Shown: positions 12,256-22,865, counted from the first letter of the stretch. The stretch: 64,000 nucleotides of DNA from an uncultured Paludibaculum sp. (GCF_963665245.2 NZ_CAXXEY010000003.1:1083895-1147894), one strand, 5' to 3'. Numbers and translations are program-made. The notes: generated by a model not told the origin, from the letters alone.

Positions 12256-13182
12256 ATGCGCTCTTCACTTCTCCTCGCTTTCACCGCGGCCACGTGGCTC
12301 TCCGCCCAGGTCCGCTTCGCCCCCGATGCCATATCCGTAACCGTCGACGGCAAGCCGTTCACCACGTTCCACTACGGCGACAACGACGGCAAGCCGTTCC
12401 TCGCGCCCATCTATTCCGCTTCCGGGAAAATCGTCACCCGTGGCTTTCCCATGTGGATGCTCCCCGGAGAGAGCCGCGACCACCTCCACCACCGCGGGCT
12501 TTGGTTCACCTATGACGACGTCAATGGTGTGAAGTTCTGGGAGAATGATCCGACGTACACCAAGGGCCGCATTGGCCGCGTCGTGGTCCGCGACGCCAAA
12601 TGGAAGGATGGCGCGACGAAAGCCCCGGGCACCCTTTCGGCCGTGATGGAATGGCGCGATCCCGAGGGCAAGGTCCTCCTCGTCGAGAACCGCGACATGA
12701 CCTTCCTCTCCGATCCCACTCTGCGCATCATTGACTTCAACATCACACTCACCGCAGCCACCGATGTGACGTTCGGCGACACGAAAGAGGGGGCCTTTGC
12801 CATTCGTCTCCGTGAGAACTTCACTGAACGCAAAGGCGGCAAGATGACGAACTCAAACGGCCAGACCGGCATGGTCAATGTCTGGGGCAAGCGCGCCGCC
12901 TGGGTTGACTACACCGCCGAGGTCGACGGTGAGCGCCTCGGGGTCGCCATCTTCGATCACCCGAAGAATCCCAATGCGCCCACTTACTGGCACGCCCGCG
13001 ACTATGGTCTGTTTGCCCTCGACCCCTTCGGTCAGAACGCCTTCGATCCCAATGCCGAGGAACGCAAGACGAAGCTCGCCAAGGGGCAGAAGATCCAATT
13101 CCGCTGGCGCGTCGTCATCCATCCCGGCGACGCCGAAACCGGCCACGTCGCCGATCTGTTCAAGCAATTCGCCGCCCGGTAA
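12256..13182 (+). CDS. DUF6807 ('PmoA family') secreted beta-sandwich protein; not methane monooxygenase
   Basis: Signal MRSSLLLAFTAATWLSA-Q; DHLHHRGLWF, FDHPKNP, WHARDYGLFA; start re-set to ATG 12256. Confidence 0.82.
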   Translation: MRSSLLLAFTAATWLSAQVRFAPDAISVTVDGKPFTTFHYGDNDGKPFLAPIYSASGKIVTRGFPMWMLPGESRDHLHHRGLWFTYDDVNGVKFWENDPTYTKGRIGRVVVRDAKWKDGATKAPGTLSAVMEWRDPEGKVLLVENRDMTFLSDPTLRIIDFNITLTAATDVTFGDTKEGAFAIRLRENFTERKGGKMTNSNGQTGMVNVWGKRAAWVDYTAEVDGERLGVAIFDHPKNPNAPTYWHARDYGLFALDPFGQNAFDPNAEERKTKLAKGQKIQFRWRVVIHPGDAETGHVADLFKQFAAR

Positions 13183-13268
13183 CCGAGGTCGGTCGCTTGA
13201 CCCCTCCCCCGCGTTGGATGTAGTTTGTTGGTCGGCACGGGCCAGCATCCCGACAATCAGGAGTAGAT

Positions 13269-14294
13269 ATGAACTTGAGACTGATGGCATTAGGACTCTC
13301 CGCGGCGTTCGTCGCCCTGGTGTCGGTGAGCCCGGCGACCTATGCTCAACAGGCGGCGCCCGCAAACTGTCCGCCGGAAGGCTTCTGGGGTGGTTTCACC
13401 AAGGGCTGCCCACAGAGACAATCCGCGGTTCCGTCCGATATCGTCGCGATGATGGCCGCCTTACCGGAAAAGGCTTATGCCACGCCCAAGAGTGTCCGTC
13501 GCGTACTCGTCCTGGGCCGCGCCGCCGGCTGGGTCCACACCAGCATCCCGCTGGCGGCCAAGATGGTGGAGTACCTCGGCGACAAGACCGGAGCCTGGAT
13601 GACAACCATCACCTACGATGCGGCCGACATCAATGCCGAGAATCTGAAGAAGTACGATGCGGTGTTCCTCGCCAGCACTACTGGCGAATTCCTGAACGAC
13701 CCCAACGACAAGGCCGTCAGCGAAGCCCGCAAGAAGGCCCTGCTCGACTTCATCAAGAACGGCAAGGGCATCGCAGGCATCCACGCCGCCACAGACTGCT
13801 ACCACGCCACCATCAAACCCAGTACGCCTGGCGGCGTGCCCACTCTCTCCGGTACCTGGCCCGAATTCAATGAGGCGATCGGCGGCTTCTTCAAGTTCCA
13901 TTGGGTCTACCCAACGCTCATCCGCGTCAAGATTGACGATCCCACGAGCCCGCTGAACGCCATGTTCTCGCCCAAGGGCTATGACATCGTTGACGAGACC
14001 TACACGTTCGCCCAGGACTCCTTCACCCGTAAACGAGTCCATGTCCTGACGAGCGTCAACTACGACAAGATGAGCGCCGAAGACAAGGCCAAGGAGCCGG
14101 CCGCTACCAAGCGAACCGACGGCGACTACGCCATCAGCTACATCCAGCGTGTAGGCCAGGGTCGCGTATTCTACGAATCGCACGGCCACGACGAGAAGAT
14201 CTACTTCTCGCGCCCCTTCATCGAGCACATGCTGGCCGGAATTCAATACGCCATCGGCGACCTCCCGGCCGACGACAGTCCAAGCGCGAAGTAG
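13269..14294 (+). CDS. ThuA-like domain protein, secreted
   Basis: GWVHTSIP, STTGE, GIAGIHAATD, GRVFYESHGH; signal peptide. Confidence 0.85.
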   Translation: MNLRLMALGLSAAFVALVSVSPATYAQQAAPANCPPEGFWGGFTKGCPQRQSAVPSDIVAMMAALPEKAYATPKSVRRVLVLGRAAGWVHTSIPLAAKMVEYLGDKTGAWMTTITYDAADINAENLKKYDAVFLASTTGEFLNDPNDKAVSEARKKALLDFIKNGKGIAGIHAATDCYHATIKPSTPGGVPTLSGTWPEFNEAIGGFFKFHWVYPTLIRVKIDDPTSPLNAMFSPKGYDIVDETYTFAQDSFTRKRVHVLTSVNYDKMSAEDKAKEPAATKRTDGDYAISYIQRVGQGRVFYESHGHDEKIYFSRPFIEHMLAGIQYAIGDLPADDSPSAK

Positions 14295-14326
14295 CGCGAC
14301 GTCCGTCTCGAACAATCGGAACATCC

Positions 14327-14357
14327 GCCAGGCGAGAGTATTCATGCCTCGCCTGGC
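14327..14357 (+). terminator. Hairpin after the ThuA gene
   Basis: GCCAGGCGAG-11 nt-CTCGCCTGGC 10-bp stem, no U-tract. Confidence 0.4.
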
Positions 14358-14505
14358 CCATCAGGCTGCTCAATGGCTCGCCCTCGCGCTGCGAACTCCG
14401 ACTGCTCCCTGGAGTGGCGTGAGACGGGATGGTCAGCACGCTGTGGGCTTTACCCCCGGCCTGTCCACCGGGCCCGCCTGCTGAGGCGGCGAGCGCACGC
14501 CCCCC

Positions 14506-15960
14506 TCACGCCGGCCGCGTCCGCCCCTCCGCCTTGGCCTTCTCCAGGAGACCCGTAAGCCGCTCCACCACCTCCGCCTCTTTCAGGTACAAGTTGCCCG
14601 TCTCCGCCGGATCCCTGGTCATGTCATACAGCTCACCCGGTGCCTCACCCGGACCTGGCGTCACCGAGACTGGCTTCGTGAATCCCCCGGATCCTCGTCC
14701 GGCGATCAGTTTCCATTGACCCTCTCGAACCGAGAACATACCCTGCGCGGAATGATGGATCACCGACGTCCGCCGAGGGCCCCGGCCCGCGCGCCCCGCC
14801 ATCATCGCAGGCAGCAGACTGAAACTATCCTCCGCCGCCGCCTTCGGCAACTCCACTCCACTCAAGTCCGCCGCCGTCGCGACAACGTCGGTCAGACAGC
14901 TCAGATCGCCGCACGTCCGCCCGGCCTTCACCCGCCCCGGCCATCGAGCCAGAAACGGAACCCGGTGGCCACCGTCGAAGATGTCCGCCTTCATCCCGCG
15001 CCAGCCGTTATTCGCCCGATGCCCATACCGCGCAATCTCGTCCGCAGTCCAGTACGCCCCGTTGTCACTCGCAAACAGCACCAGGGTATTCTTCCGGATC
15101 CCGCTTTCCTCGATCGCGGCCAGTACCTGACGGACCGAATCATCGATCTGAGCCACGAAGTCGCCATACTCACCCGCCGTCGACTTTCCTTGGAACGGTG
15201 CCCGCGGCATCCACGGCGTGTGCGGACCCGTCATCGGAAAGTACAGGAAGAACGGTGCCTTCTTCACTGCCCGCTCTTTCACAACGGAAACGGCCTTGCG
15301 CGTGATCGTGGGCATCACCTCTCCGATATCAAAGTGCGGCGCAATCGCTCCGGCCCGCCAGAACGCGCCTCGCGGATTCGTACCGCCACTGCCAGGAGTC
15401 CTCTCGGTCGCTCGCTCCACCACCCTGTCGTTCTCGAAGTACAGATACGGCGCCATATCGAGCGATGCCGGAATGCCAAAGTAGTAGTCGAACCCGTGTG
15501 CGCGCGGCCCCGGCGACAGAGGTTGATCGAAATCCGTATGCGGCCGATCTCCCAGTCCCAGGTGCCATTTGCCCACCCCGGCCGTGTAGTACCCCCGCTC
15601 CCGTAACAACGATGGCAGGGTCAATCGCGCCTCTTCAATCAGGTTCGGCGAATCGCCCTGCAGTACCCCTCGCTTCAGTCGCGAACGCCAGCAGTAGCGC
15701 CCCGTGAGCAGACCATATCGCGTCGGCGTGCACACCGAGCTGGGCGAGTGCATGTCCGTGAACCGCACACCCTCCTCCGCCAGCCTATCCAGGTTGCGCG
15801 TCGCAATCCCCGACCGTGGGTTGTAGCAGCTCAGGTCCCCGTTGCCGAGGTCATCCGCCAGAATCAGGACGATGTTGGGCCGCTCCACCGCGGCCTGGCT
15901 GACACCGGTGTGCGCACCGAGGGCCAGCGTGGAACAGAAGGATCGTCGGGTAAGTGTCAT
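14506..15960 (-). CDS. Arylsulfatase (Cys-type, Tat-exported)
   Basis: TRRSF leader; ILADDLG; CTPTR formylglycine motif; GKWHLG. Confidence 0.94.
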   Translation of the reverse strand: MTLTRRSFCSTLALGAHTGVSQAAVERPNIVLILADDLGNGDLSCYNPRSGIATRNLDRLAEEGVRFTDMHSPSSVCTPTRYGLLTGRYCWRSRLKRGVLQGDSPNLIEEARLTLPSLLRERGYYTAGVGKWHLGLGDRPHTDFDQPLSPGPRAHGFDYYFGIPASLDMAPYLYFENDRVVERATERTPGSGGTNPRGAFWRAGAIAPHFDIGEVMPTITRKAVSVVKERAVKKAPFFLYFPMTGPHTPWMPRAPFQGKSTAGEYGDFVAQIDDSVRQVLAAIEESGIRKNTLVLFASDNGAYWTADEIARYGHRANNGWRGMKADIFDGGHRVPFLARWPGRVKAGRTCGDLSCLTDVVATAADLSGVELPKAAAEDSFSLLPAMMAGRAGRGPRRTSVIHHSAQGMFSVREGQWKLIAGRGSGGFTKPVSVTPGPGEAPGELYDMTRDPAETGNLYLKEAEVVERLTGLLEKAKAEGRTRPA

Positions 15961-15994
15961 GTCACCAGGAATGAGAACGCAGGAATCAGGTGAT

Positions 15995-16026
15995 TTCCCG
16001 GGGCGCGGCCATCGCGCGCCCCGGAA
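15995..16026 (-). terminator. Hairpin between TonB receptor and sulfatase
   Basis: CCGGGGCGCG-7 nt-CGCGCCCCGG stem. Confidence 0.45.
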
Positions 16027-16045
16027 CCAACTACCGCCATCAGGC

Positions 16046-19000
16046 TCAGAATGAATAACGCAAGCTCAGTTGAATGTTCCGCTCGCTCGACTTCGCGGTC
16101 ACTTTGCTGAACGTCGCACTGCGCGGATTCGTTGTCACCGCGCCCCAGTTGGGATGGTTCAGGAAGTTGAACGACTCGGCCCGCAGCAGCACCCGGTGCT
16201 TCTCGAAGATTGGGAACTCCTTCGAGAGCGACAGGTTCCAGTTCTGGAACCCCGGGTTGTAGATGTACTGGTTGCGCCCTTGCGTTGTCGAAAACGTGCC
16301 CGCCGCCGGAGCCGTAAACAACGCTCCGCTTCCGTCCGTCGCACGGAACCAGAAGTTGGAGTCGGCGGCACCTTGTGAAAACGCGCGCTCACCCCGCGAA
16401 AGCATTGGGTTCCCCCTTACCTCCCAGGGCTGAGAGTCGGAGCTCCCGATCCCCGCCAAGTCGTCGCTCGTTCCAATCGTCACAGGCGTGCCCGTCTGGA
16501 ACTGAATCGCGCTTGTTGCCATCCAGCCCCCCAATACACGCCCCGCCAGCCCCTTGTTGGTCTTCAGGAAGGGGATCTCGTAGATCACGTTCGTCACCGC
16601 CACATGGCGCGTGTCGAAGTCCGATGGGCCCCAGAAGTTCTTGTCGTCATATGCGTTGTACAGCCGTGCCCGGAAGTCCGAACCGTTATCCAGCGACTTC
16701 GAATACGTATACGCGAAGTTGAAGCTGAAGCCCTTTGCAAACCGCCGGTTCACGTCAAGCTGCATCCCCTGATACGCGCTCCGCGCCGCCGTCTCGCGGT
16801 ACGCGATATTCGTGTACCCCTTATACGGCCGCAGCACATTCACGTTCACAGCCTTGTTCGCCGCCACGGTCAAAGTCCCGACGGGAAGCTGATTCAGATC
16901 TCGCTCCCGCTCCATGTGCAATCCAACACGTCCCACATACGCCACCGAGACCGTGGTATCAAAGCCCACGTTCCGCTCATACGTCGCGTTCCAGTTGTAG
17001 GCGCTCGGAATCTTGAACTCCGGCTCGATGGTCATGAAGTAGAACGGAAACGCGTTGTTCGATCCGCCGCCTGGATTGTCCACCTGTCCGCTGGCAATCG
17101 ACGCCATCGGTTGGAACGGTGGGTTCCCACCCAGCAGGATATTGCCGCTCATGCTGGGCCGCGCAAAGAACCGGCCAAACCCGGCCCGCAGCACGTCCTT
17201 ACCCGAGATCGAGTACGCCAACCCCACTCTGGGTTGAAAGTTCATCGTCTGCAACTGGGGATACGCCTTGCTGCCGCCCGTGAACAACCGGTCATATGCG
17301 CCGGAATCCACGCCCGACACCCGGCCCTTCGCCTCCGACGGGAACCCGTTGCCTGGAATCACCACGCCGTTATACCGGTCGCCGCTCAGAATGAACCCCG
17401 TCTTTGGATCCTGCACCACCGCCTTCGATGGGTCATACTGCCGTGGATCGAAGATCGCGATGTTCCGCCACAGGCTGTACCAAAACGGCGTCATCAGCGT
17501 GTGCCTGATCCCGAACTCCACGCGCAGCTTGGACGACGCCTTCCACGAATCCTGCGCGAACCATTCGAACTGCTGCCCGCGGTAGGGCGTGTACGAGCGT
17601 GGTCCAATCTCCGCATACGTGTCGAACAAACCCAGCGCCGCGTTCGCCACCGCCAGGCCCGACGTCGCCGCTCCGGCTCGCGAATCGGTAAACACAAACC
17701 GGCCATTCTGGTTGTTCGTCCCGCCCGGCACACCCTGCACGTTGATCTGGTCGAAGTCGTTCTGCCCCGAATACTCGTACGAGACGCCTGCCTTCAGCGT
17801 GTGACTCCCCATGATCTTCGTCAGGCTGTCCGCCAGCACATAAATCGGCCCCGCCGACTTCGACGGATAGGGGCTGCCGTCCACCGTGGCGAAGTTCGCG
17901 ATCCCGATTGTCGGTACCTTGTCGGCGATCTCCTTCTGCTCGGGATAGATATACGGATAGTTGATGCCATACTGCCCGCGCGCGTACTTGCCGTTGTCCC
18001 GGTTCACGTCGATCCGCACCCGGTCCACACTCACCGATGCCTGCAGCTCATTAATCGTCGTCGGGCTCAACGTCCATGTCCAGTTCGTCGTCCACGTCTC
18101 GTTCGGCCGATCCCATCGTGGCGCGGCAATATCAAATCCCGTGTTGAACGCCTGATCCTGCTGGAACTGATAGTTGAGGTGGCGGAATCGCACCGCATGC
18201 CGTTCGCTCGGATTGAAGTCCACCGAGATCGTGTCCTTCCGCTGATCCGTCGGCTGCGGAGCCGTCGTGTAGTAGTTCGAAGCCCCCTGCAGGAACCCCG
18301 CCACCGGAGCCGGATACGCCTTCAGGAGCCCCAGCCCGTTGGCACTCACCCGCGACGCCGGAATCAGGTTGCCCGCGAAGGGTTGCCCCGTCAGCGGGTC
18401 ATTGATCGTCCGCACCTTCCCAAAGAAGGAGTTGCTCGCCGATAGCAGTTCCGAGAAGTCGCCCTGCCGCATCGCCAGAGACGGCACAATCTGCGCGCTT
18501 GTCTGCTCCTGGCGGTATCGCACATACTCCTGCGCCCACAGGAAGAACAGCTTGTTTTTCTCCTGATTCCACTTGCCCGGCACGTACACGGGACCACTCA
18601 CCACATATCCGAACTGGTTGAACTTGTTCGCCTGCCGCACATCGCCTGTCCGGTTGCGCGCCCACGTATTCGCATCCAGTTTTTCGTTCCGGAAGTACTC
18701 ATACAGACTCCCGTGAAAGTCGCGTCCTCCGCTCTTCGTCACAATCCTCACCTGCCCGCCCGACGCCCGGCCATACTCGGCGTTGTAGTTCGCCGTCAGC
18801 ACCTGGATTTCCTGCACGGTCTCCACGTCCACCGTCCCGACACTCGTGTTGTTCCCACGCGTCCGCACCGCCGGAGCCCCGTCATAGGTGATCATGTTAT
18901 CCGTCGTTCGCGATCCGTTGATCGCAAACCCGCCGTTCGTCAGATCGAAGCTGAACGCCTGCAATGAGCCACCCCGCACACCCGGTTTCAGCAGAGCCAG

Positions 19001-19471
19001 GTAGAGCGGATTACGCCCGTTCAGCATCATGTTCTCGATCTGCTTCCCTTCAATCAGCTTCCCCACCGTGGCCGTTTCGCTCTGGACCGTGGCGGCCTCT
19101 GCCGTCACTTCGACGCTCTCTGAAAGCGACCCCAGCGTCAGCGTCGCATCGATCGTCGCCGCCATGTTGGGATCCAGCTTGTTCTGCGTCTTCACATACT
19201 TCTTGAATCCCGGTGCCTCCACCGACAGCGCATAGACGCCCGGCGGCAGGCTGGGAACCACGTAATACCCGCTTTCATTCGTCGTGGCGTGCCGTTCCAG
19301 CCCCGTCGTCTCGTTCCGCAAGTCCACACTCACGTTAGGAATCCCGGCGCCTGCCGGGTCCTTCACATACCCCGAAACCTGGGCGCTGTCAGACTGCGCC
19401 AAAACCGTCCCCACACATAGGAAGAAGAGCGCGAGCAACGGACGTAGTTGTTTCATGACCTGTATCCTCAA
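16046..19471 (-). CDS. TonB-dependent receptor with N-terminal carboxypeptidase-regulatory-like domain
   Basis: 1141 aa; VSGYVKDPAGAGIP.., plug YNAEYGRASGG, C-terminal LSLRYSF. Confidence 0.93.
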   Translation of the reverse strand: MRIQVMKQLRPLLALFFLCVGTVLAQSDSAQVSGYVKDPAGAGIPNVSVDLRNETTGLERHATTNESGYYVVPSLPPGVYALSVEAPGFKKYVKTQNKLDPNMAATIDATLTLGSLSESVEVTAEAATVQSETATVGKLIEGKQIENMMLNGRNPLYLALLKPGVRGGSLQAFSFDLTNGGFAINGSRTTDNMITYDGAPAVRTRGNNTSVGTVDVETVQEIQVLTANYNAEYGRASGGQVRIVTKSGGRDFHGSLYEYFRNEKLDANTWARNRTGDVRQANKFNQFGYVVSGPVYVPGKWNQEKNKLFFLWAQEYVRYRQEQTSAQIVPSLAMRQGDFSELLSASNSFFGKVRTINDPLTGQPFAGNLIPASRVSANGLGLLKAYPAPVAGFLQGASNYYTTAPQPTDQRKDTISVDFNPSERHAVRFRHLNYQFQQDQAFNTGFDIAAPRWDRPNETWTTNWTWTLSPTTINELQASVSVDRVRIDVNRDNGKYARGQYGINYPYIYPEQKEIADKVPTIGIANFATVDGSPYPSKSAGPIYVLADSLTKIMGSHTLKAGVSYEYSGQNDFDQINVQGVPGGTNNQNGRFVFTDSRAGAATSGLAVANAALGLFDTYAEIGPRSYTPYRGQQFEWFAQDSWKASSKLRVEFGIRHTLMTPFWYSLWRNIAIFDPRQYDPSKAVVQDPKTGFILSGDRYNGVVIPGNGFPSEAKGRVSGVDSGAYDRLFTGGSKAYPQLQTMNFQPRVGLAYSISGKDVLRAGFGRFFARPSMSGNILLGGNPPFQPMASIASGQVDNPGGGSNNAFPFYFMTIEPEFKIPSAYNWNATYERNVGFDTTVSVAYVGRVGLHMERERDLNQLPVGTLTVAANKAVNVNVLRPYKGYTNIAYRETAARSAYQGMQLDVNRRFAKGFSFNFAYTYSKSLDNGSDFRARLYNAYDDKNFWGPSDFDTRHVAVTNVIYEIPFLKTNKGLAGRVLGGWMATSAIQFQTGTPVTIGTSDDLAGIGSSDSQPWEVRGNPMLSRGERAFSQGAADSNFWFRATDGSGALFTAPAAGTFSTTQGRNQYIYNPGFQNWNLSLSKEFPIFEKHRVLLRAESFNFLNHPNWGAVTTNPRSATFSKVTAKSSERNIQLSLRYSF

Positions 19472-21249
19472 GACCTCGAATTCAGCCGCCGCAGCGACAT
19501 CGCATACACACCGAAACCCGGTTTCCCCTCACCCGCCACACACCGCAGCCGCGCCGGCATCCGCCCCGCCGGCAGGCGTACCACCCCCACCCGCCGTTCT
19601 GCCCAGTTCATCACCGGAGCCTCCTTGCGCGGCACCACGTCGCGCATCACCACCGGGCCACCAGGGCTCTGCTGCTCCACCGCACACTCCACCGCCTCCA
19701 CCGCGCCCACCTGCACGGACAGCCGCGTCCCTACGGCTTCCGGCGGACACAACACGGTCAGTTGGATCTCGTACTCGCCGGGCTTCACTACATCCAGATC
19801 CCAACTCATGCCGTCGCCAACCGCCGTCCACCCCGACGCCCAGTCATGGGCCCATCCCGCTCCCTGGAAATACCGGACCTGCCCCTCCAGCTTGGCCTGC
19901 GTCGCGGTCAGCACCGCCGGATTTTCCTCCGCGTAGCCCACGGGAATCGGAAAGTGTTCCAGTCCGTGCGGCCGCATCACGTCCGCAAACCACTTCTCGT
20001 ACGCCGCCTTCAGCTCCGCCGCCTGCTCCGGATGCTCCGCCGCCACATTCTTCGACTCCCCCGGATCCGCGGCGACATCGTACAGCTCGCGCCCGTTCAC
20101 CAGATTGAACCGCTGCGTCCGCACCGCCCCTGGATACTGCGCCCCCGGATTCTTCGCCGGCTCGCCGTGCGTGAACAGCATCCGTTCCGGCCAGGCCCGT
20201 CCGTCACCCTCCAGCAGCGGCCGCAGACTCACCCCGTCCAGCGTGGGACCCTTCGGCCGTTCCACGCCCGCCAGGTCCAGCAGCGTTGGAAACAGATCAA
20301 TATGTGCCGCAATCCGGTCCACCTTCTTGCCCGCCGTCAGCCGGCCCGGCCACCGTACACACAACGCTGAGCGTGTTCCGCCCTCGTACACGCTCCCCTT
20401 CCGCCCGCGCAATCCACCCGTATACCGGTCCGTGTTCGGGCCGTTGTCGCCCAGGAAGATCACAATGGTGTCCTCGGCCAGCTTCCGTTCTTCCAGGTGT
20501 TGCAGCAGCCGGCCCACCTGGTCGTCCAGGCATGCCGTCAACGCATACGCGGCCGCCGTCTCCCGGGTCACGCCCGCCAGGTCGCGGAATCGCGCCCAAT
20601 ACCGCTCCGGAACCTGGAACGGCGAGTGGGGCACGTTGTATGCCATGTACAGGAAGAACGGCTCGCTCCGGTGCCCGTCGATGTACCGCATCGCCTCGCC
20701 GGTCAGCGCCTCCGTCACATACCCCTTCAGTTGGTGCGGCTTCCCGTTCCGTTCGAACTTCGGATCCCAGTAGTCGTACCAGTGCCCCGTCCGGAATCCG
20801 ACGAACTCCTCAAACCCCCGTGCATGGGGAACATAGGGATAGTTCTCTCCCAGATGCCACTTCCCGAACAGCGCCGTCCGGTATCCGGCAGGGCGCAGCG
20901 CCTCGGCCAACGTCACCTCCCCGGCCCGCATCGTCTCTCGTCCACCCGTCACGCCATGCACCCCGCACCGCAGGTGGTATCGCCCCGTCAGCAGACTGGC
21001 CCGCGTCGGAGCGCAGACCGGCGAGACGTGGAACCGCATGAACTCCACCCCTTCCCCGGCCAATCGGTCCAGGTTTGGGGTCGCCAGTAGAGGGTTCCCA
21101 TGCGCGGATAGATCGCCCCACCCCTGATCGTCGGAGAGAATCAGCAGGATGTTCGGACGAGTTCGCCCTGTCCGCCGCCCACCGGCCGCCAAAGGCGCCG
21201 CCGCGGTTTGCAGGAACTCCCGTCTACTGGTGGAAAATCGGTCGCTCAT
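19468..21249 (-). CDS. Arylsulfatase (Cys-type, Tat-exported) with C-terminal extension
   Basis: SRREFL leader; ILSDDQG; CAPTR; GKWHLG; stop overlaps TonB receptor start. Confidence 0.94.
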   Translation of the reverse strand: MSDRFSTSRREFLQTAAAPLAAGGRRTGRTRPNILLILSDDQGWGDLSAHGNPLLATPNLDRLAGEGVEFMRFHVSPVCAPTRASLLTGRYHLRCGVHGVTGGRETMRAGEVTLAEALRPAGYRTALFGKWHLGENYPYVPHARGFEEFVGFRTGHWYDYWDPKFERNGKPHQLKGYVTEALTGEAMRYIDGHRSEPFFLYMAYNVPHSPFQVPERYWARFRDLAGVTRETAAAYALTACLDDQVGRLLQHLEERKLAEDTIVIFLGDNGPNTDRYTGGLRGRKGSVYEGGTRSALCVRWPGRLTAGKKVDRIAAHIDLFPTLLDLAGVERPKGPTLDGVSLRPLLEGDGRAWPERMLFTHGEPAKNPGAQYPGAVRTQRFNLVNGRELYDVAADPGESKNVAAEHPEQAAELKAAYEKWFADVMRPHGLEHFPIPVGYAEENPAVLTATQAKLEGQVRYFQGAGWAHDWASGWTAVGDGMSWDLDVVKPGEYEIQLTVLCPPEAVGTRLSVQVGAVEAVECAVEQQSPGGPVVMRDVVPRKEAPVMNWAERRVGVVRLPAGRMPARLRCVAGEGKPGFGVYAMSLRRLNSRS

Positions 21250-21278
21250 AGGCTCAGCGGCAGTATAATCGCCATTGC

Positions 21279-22607
21279 ATGGCGCGCCCCCTGCCGGGCC
21301 GCCGGATTTCTCTGTGTTTTTCCCGTATGCTACAGGGACAAGTGAATGGTTCCAATAAGTTGGATGAGGGTGCGGTAACAGAGCGGCGAGCCCTGGTAAC
21401 GCGCGTTCTCAACTCGCCTCAGTTCATACGCTCCTCCCGCCAGAGGGAGCTCCTGTCTTTTATCTGCGAGCGCGCCCTGGCCAGCGAGAACCCTGAACTC
21501 AACGAGGCCGATATCGGCCACCATGTCTTCGGCCGCCCGGAGTCCTACAATCCCGGCGACGACAACATCGTCCGCGTCGCCGCCCGGCAACTTCGCACCA
21601 AACTCGCGGAGTATTTCGCCACCGACGGCCGCCACGAACCACTCGTCGTCGAGATCCCCAAAGGCGCCTACCTCCCGGTCTTCCACCCGGCTGGATCGCC
21701 CCTCCACCCCGAGCCACCGGAACCGGCACCCCGCCCGCGAAAGCCGGCCCTGGGTCTGGCTGCGGCAGCTACTGTGGCCGCTGTGCTCTTCGCCGCGCTC
21801 GCCACCTGGGCCTTTCTCCAGAACCGCTCACTACGCACCGAAGTCGACGCCCTCCGCTCGCCACCCACCCCTCTCAGCGAACTACTCTTCGATTCCCAAA
21901 ACCGCGTCAACATCGTCGTCACCGACGCCGGCTCGCAGGCTGTGCAGAACTTCGCCGGCCGCGTGGTTTCTGTCGAGGACTACGCCGCCCGCCGGCTTCC
22001 GCCATTGCCCGAGCACACGAGCGCGACTCGCTTCATCGAATCCCTCCCCCAAATGGCCAACACGGCCCTCGCCGACACCGTCATTGCGGCCACTATCGCC
22101 GAAGCCGCCGGGCGCCACCGCGACAGCATCCGAGTCCGCCACGCCCGCGAGGTTGCCCCGCGCGACTTCCATACCGAGAACTTCGTCCTCCTGGGCGGCG
22201 TCCGCGCCAATCCCTGGACCCGCCTCTTCGAGAACAACCTGAACTTTGCCTTCACCATCGACCCGGATTCCGGAGCGGCGTCCATCTCCAATCGCAAACC
22301 GCTGGCCGGAGAACTACCGCTTTATCCTCCTAGCCGCCCCTACCGTGCGGGCTACGGCCGCATCGCCGTGGTCCCGAATCTTTCCCAAACGGGCAAAGTC
22401 GTCCTGATCGCAGGCACCGGCATGGCGTCCACGGAAGGAGCCGGTGCCTTCATGCTCGACCCCGCGTCTCTGGCCCTCCTCCACACCACCCTCCACGCGG
22501 CAAACCTGAACACCCTGAAGTCCTTCGAACTGCTACTGGAAATGGAGACGGTCGAGGGCACACCAGTGAAAGCCCGCCTCCTCGCCAGCCGGGCGAATAC
22601 GAAGTAG
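21279..22607 (+). CDS. Membrane-anchored regulator-like protein (N-terminal winged-helix-like domain, one TM, large C-terminal domain)
   Basis: VFGRPESYNPGDDNIVRVAARQLRTKLAEYF..EIPKGAYLP, Pro linker, TM helix; alternative start 21327. Confidence 0.72.
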   Translation: MARPLPGRRISLCFSRMLQGQVNGSNKLDEGAVTERRALVTRVLNSPQFIRSSRQRELLSFICERALASENPELNEADIGHHVFGRPESYNPGDDNIVRVAARQLRTKLAEYFATDGRHEPLVVEIPKGAYLPVFHPAGSPLHPEPPEPAPRPRKPALGLAAAATVAAVLFAALATWAFLQNRSLRTEVDALRSPPTPLSELLFDSQNRVNIVVTDAGSQAVQNFAGRVVSVEDYAARRLPPLPEHTSATRFIESLPQMANTALADTVIAATIAEAAGRHRDSIRVRHAREVAPRDFHTENFVLLGGVRANPWTRLFENNLNFAFTIDPDSGAASISNRKPLAGELPLYPPSRPYRAGYGRIAVVPNLSQTGKVVLIAGTGMASTEGAGAFMLDPASLALLHTTLHAANLNTLKSFELLLEMETVEGTPVKARLLASRANTK

Positions 22608-22741
22608 CCACAAGCAGGCAGCCACCAGGCGGCCCCCCGGCTCAGAAGGTCACTGGAAGGATTCCCTACGGGCCGGGCTAAGACCACAAAAGAGAGTCCC
22701 ACACGCCTTGCGGGCCATCAAGCGGGAACGAGCTGCGCAAC

Positions 22742-22865
22742 GAACCCCAACCGTCAGGGAGTGGTCCCACTCCGTTGCGAACCGCGACTGGGAAAGAGCG
22801 TGCACCCGTCGCGCGCGTCTTCAATGGAGTCCCCCATGGCCTGTCGGGCCGCCAAAGTGGATGAT
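22742..22865. repeat. Degenerate REP-like intergenic repeats
   Basis: Two direct copies GAACCCCAACCGTCAGGGAGTG / GAACCGCGACTGGGAAAGAGCG and three CGGGCC-cored units in 22667-22860. Confidence 0.35.

Noticed and set aside
12256-13182. 'PmoA family' label suggesting methane oxidation
   Set aside because: Soluble secreted protein without the TM helices of particulate methane monooxygenase, and no pmoCB nearby; the domain name is a known misnomer
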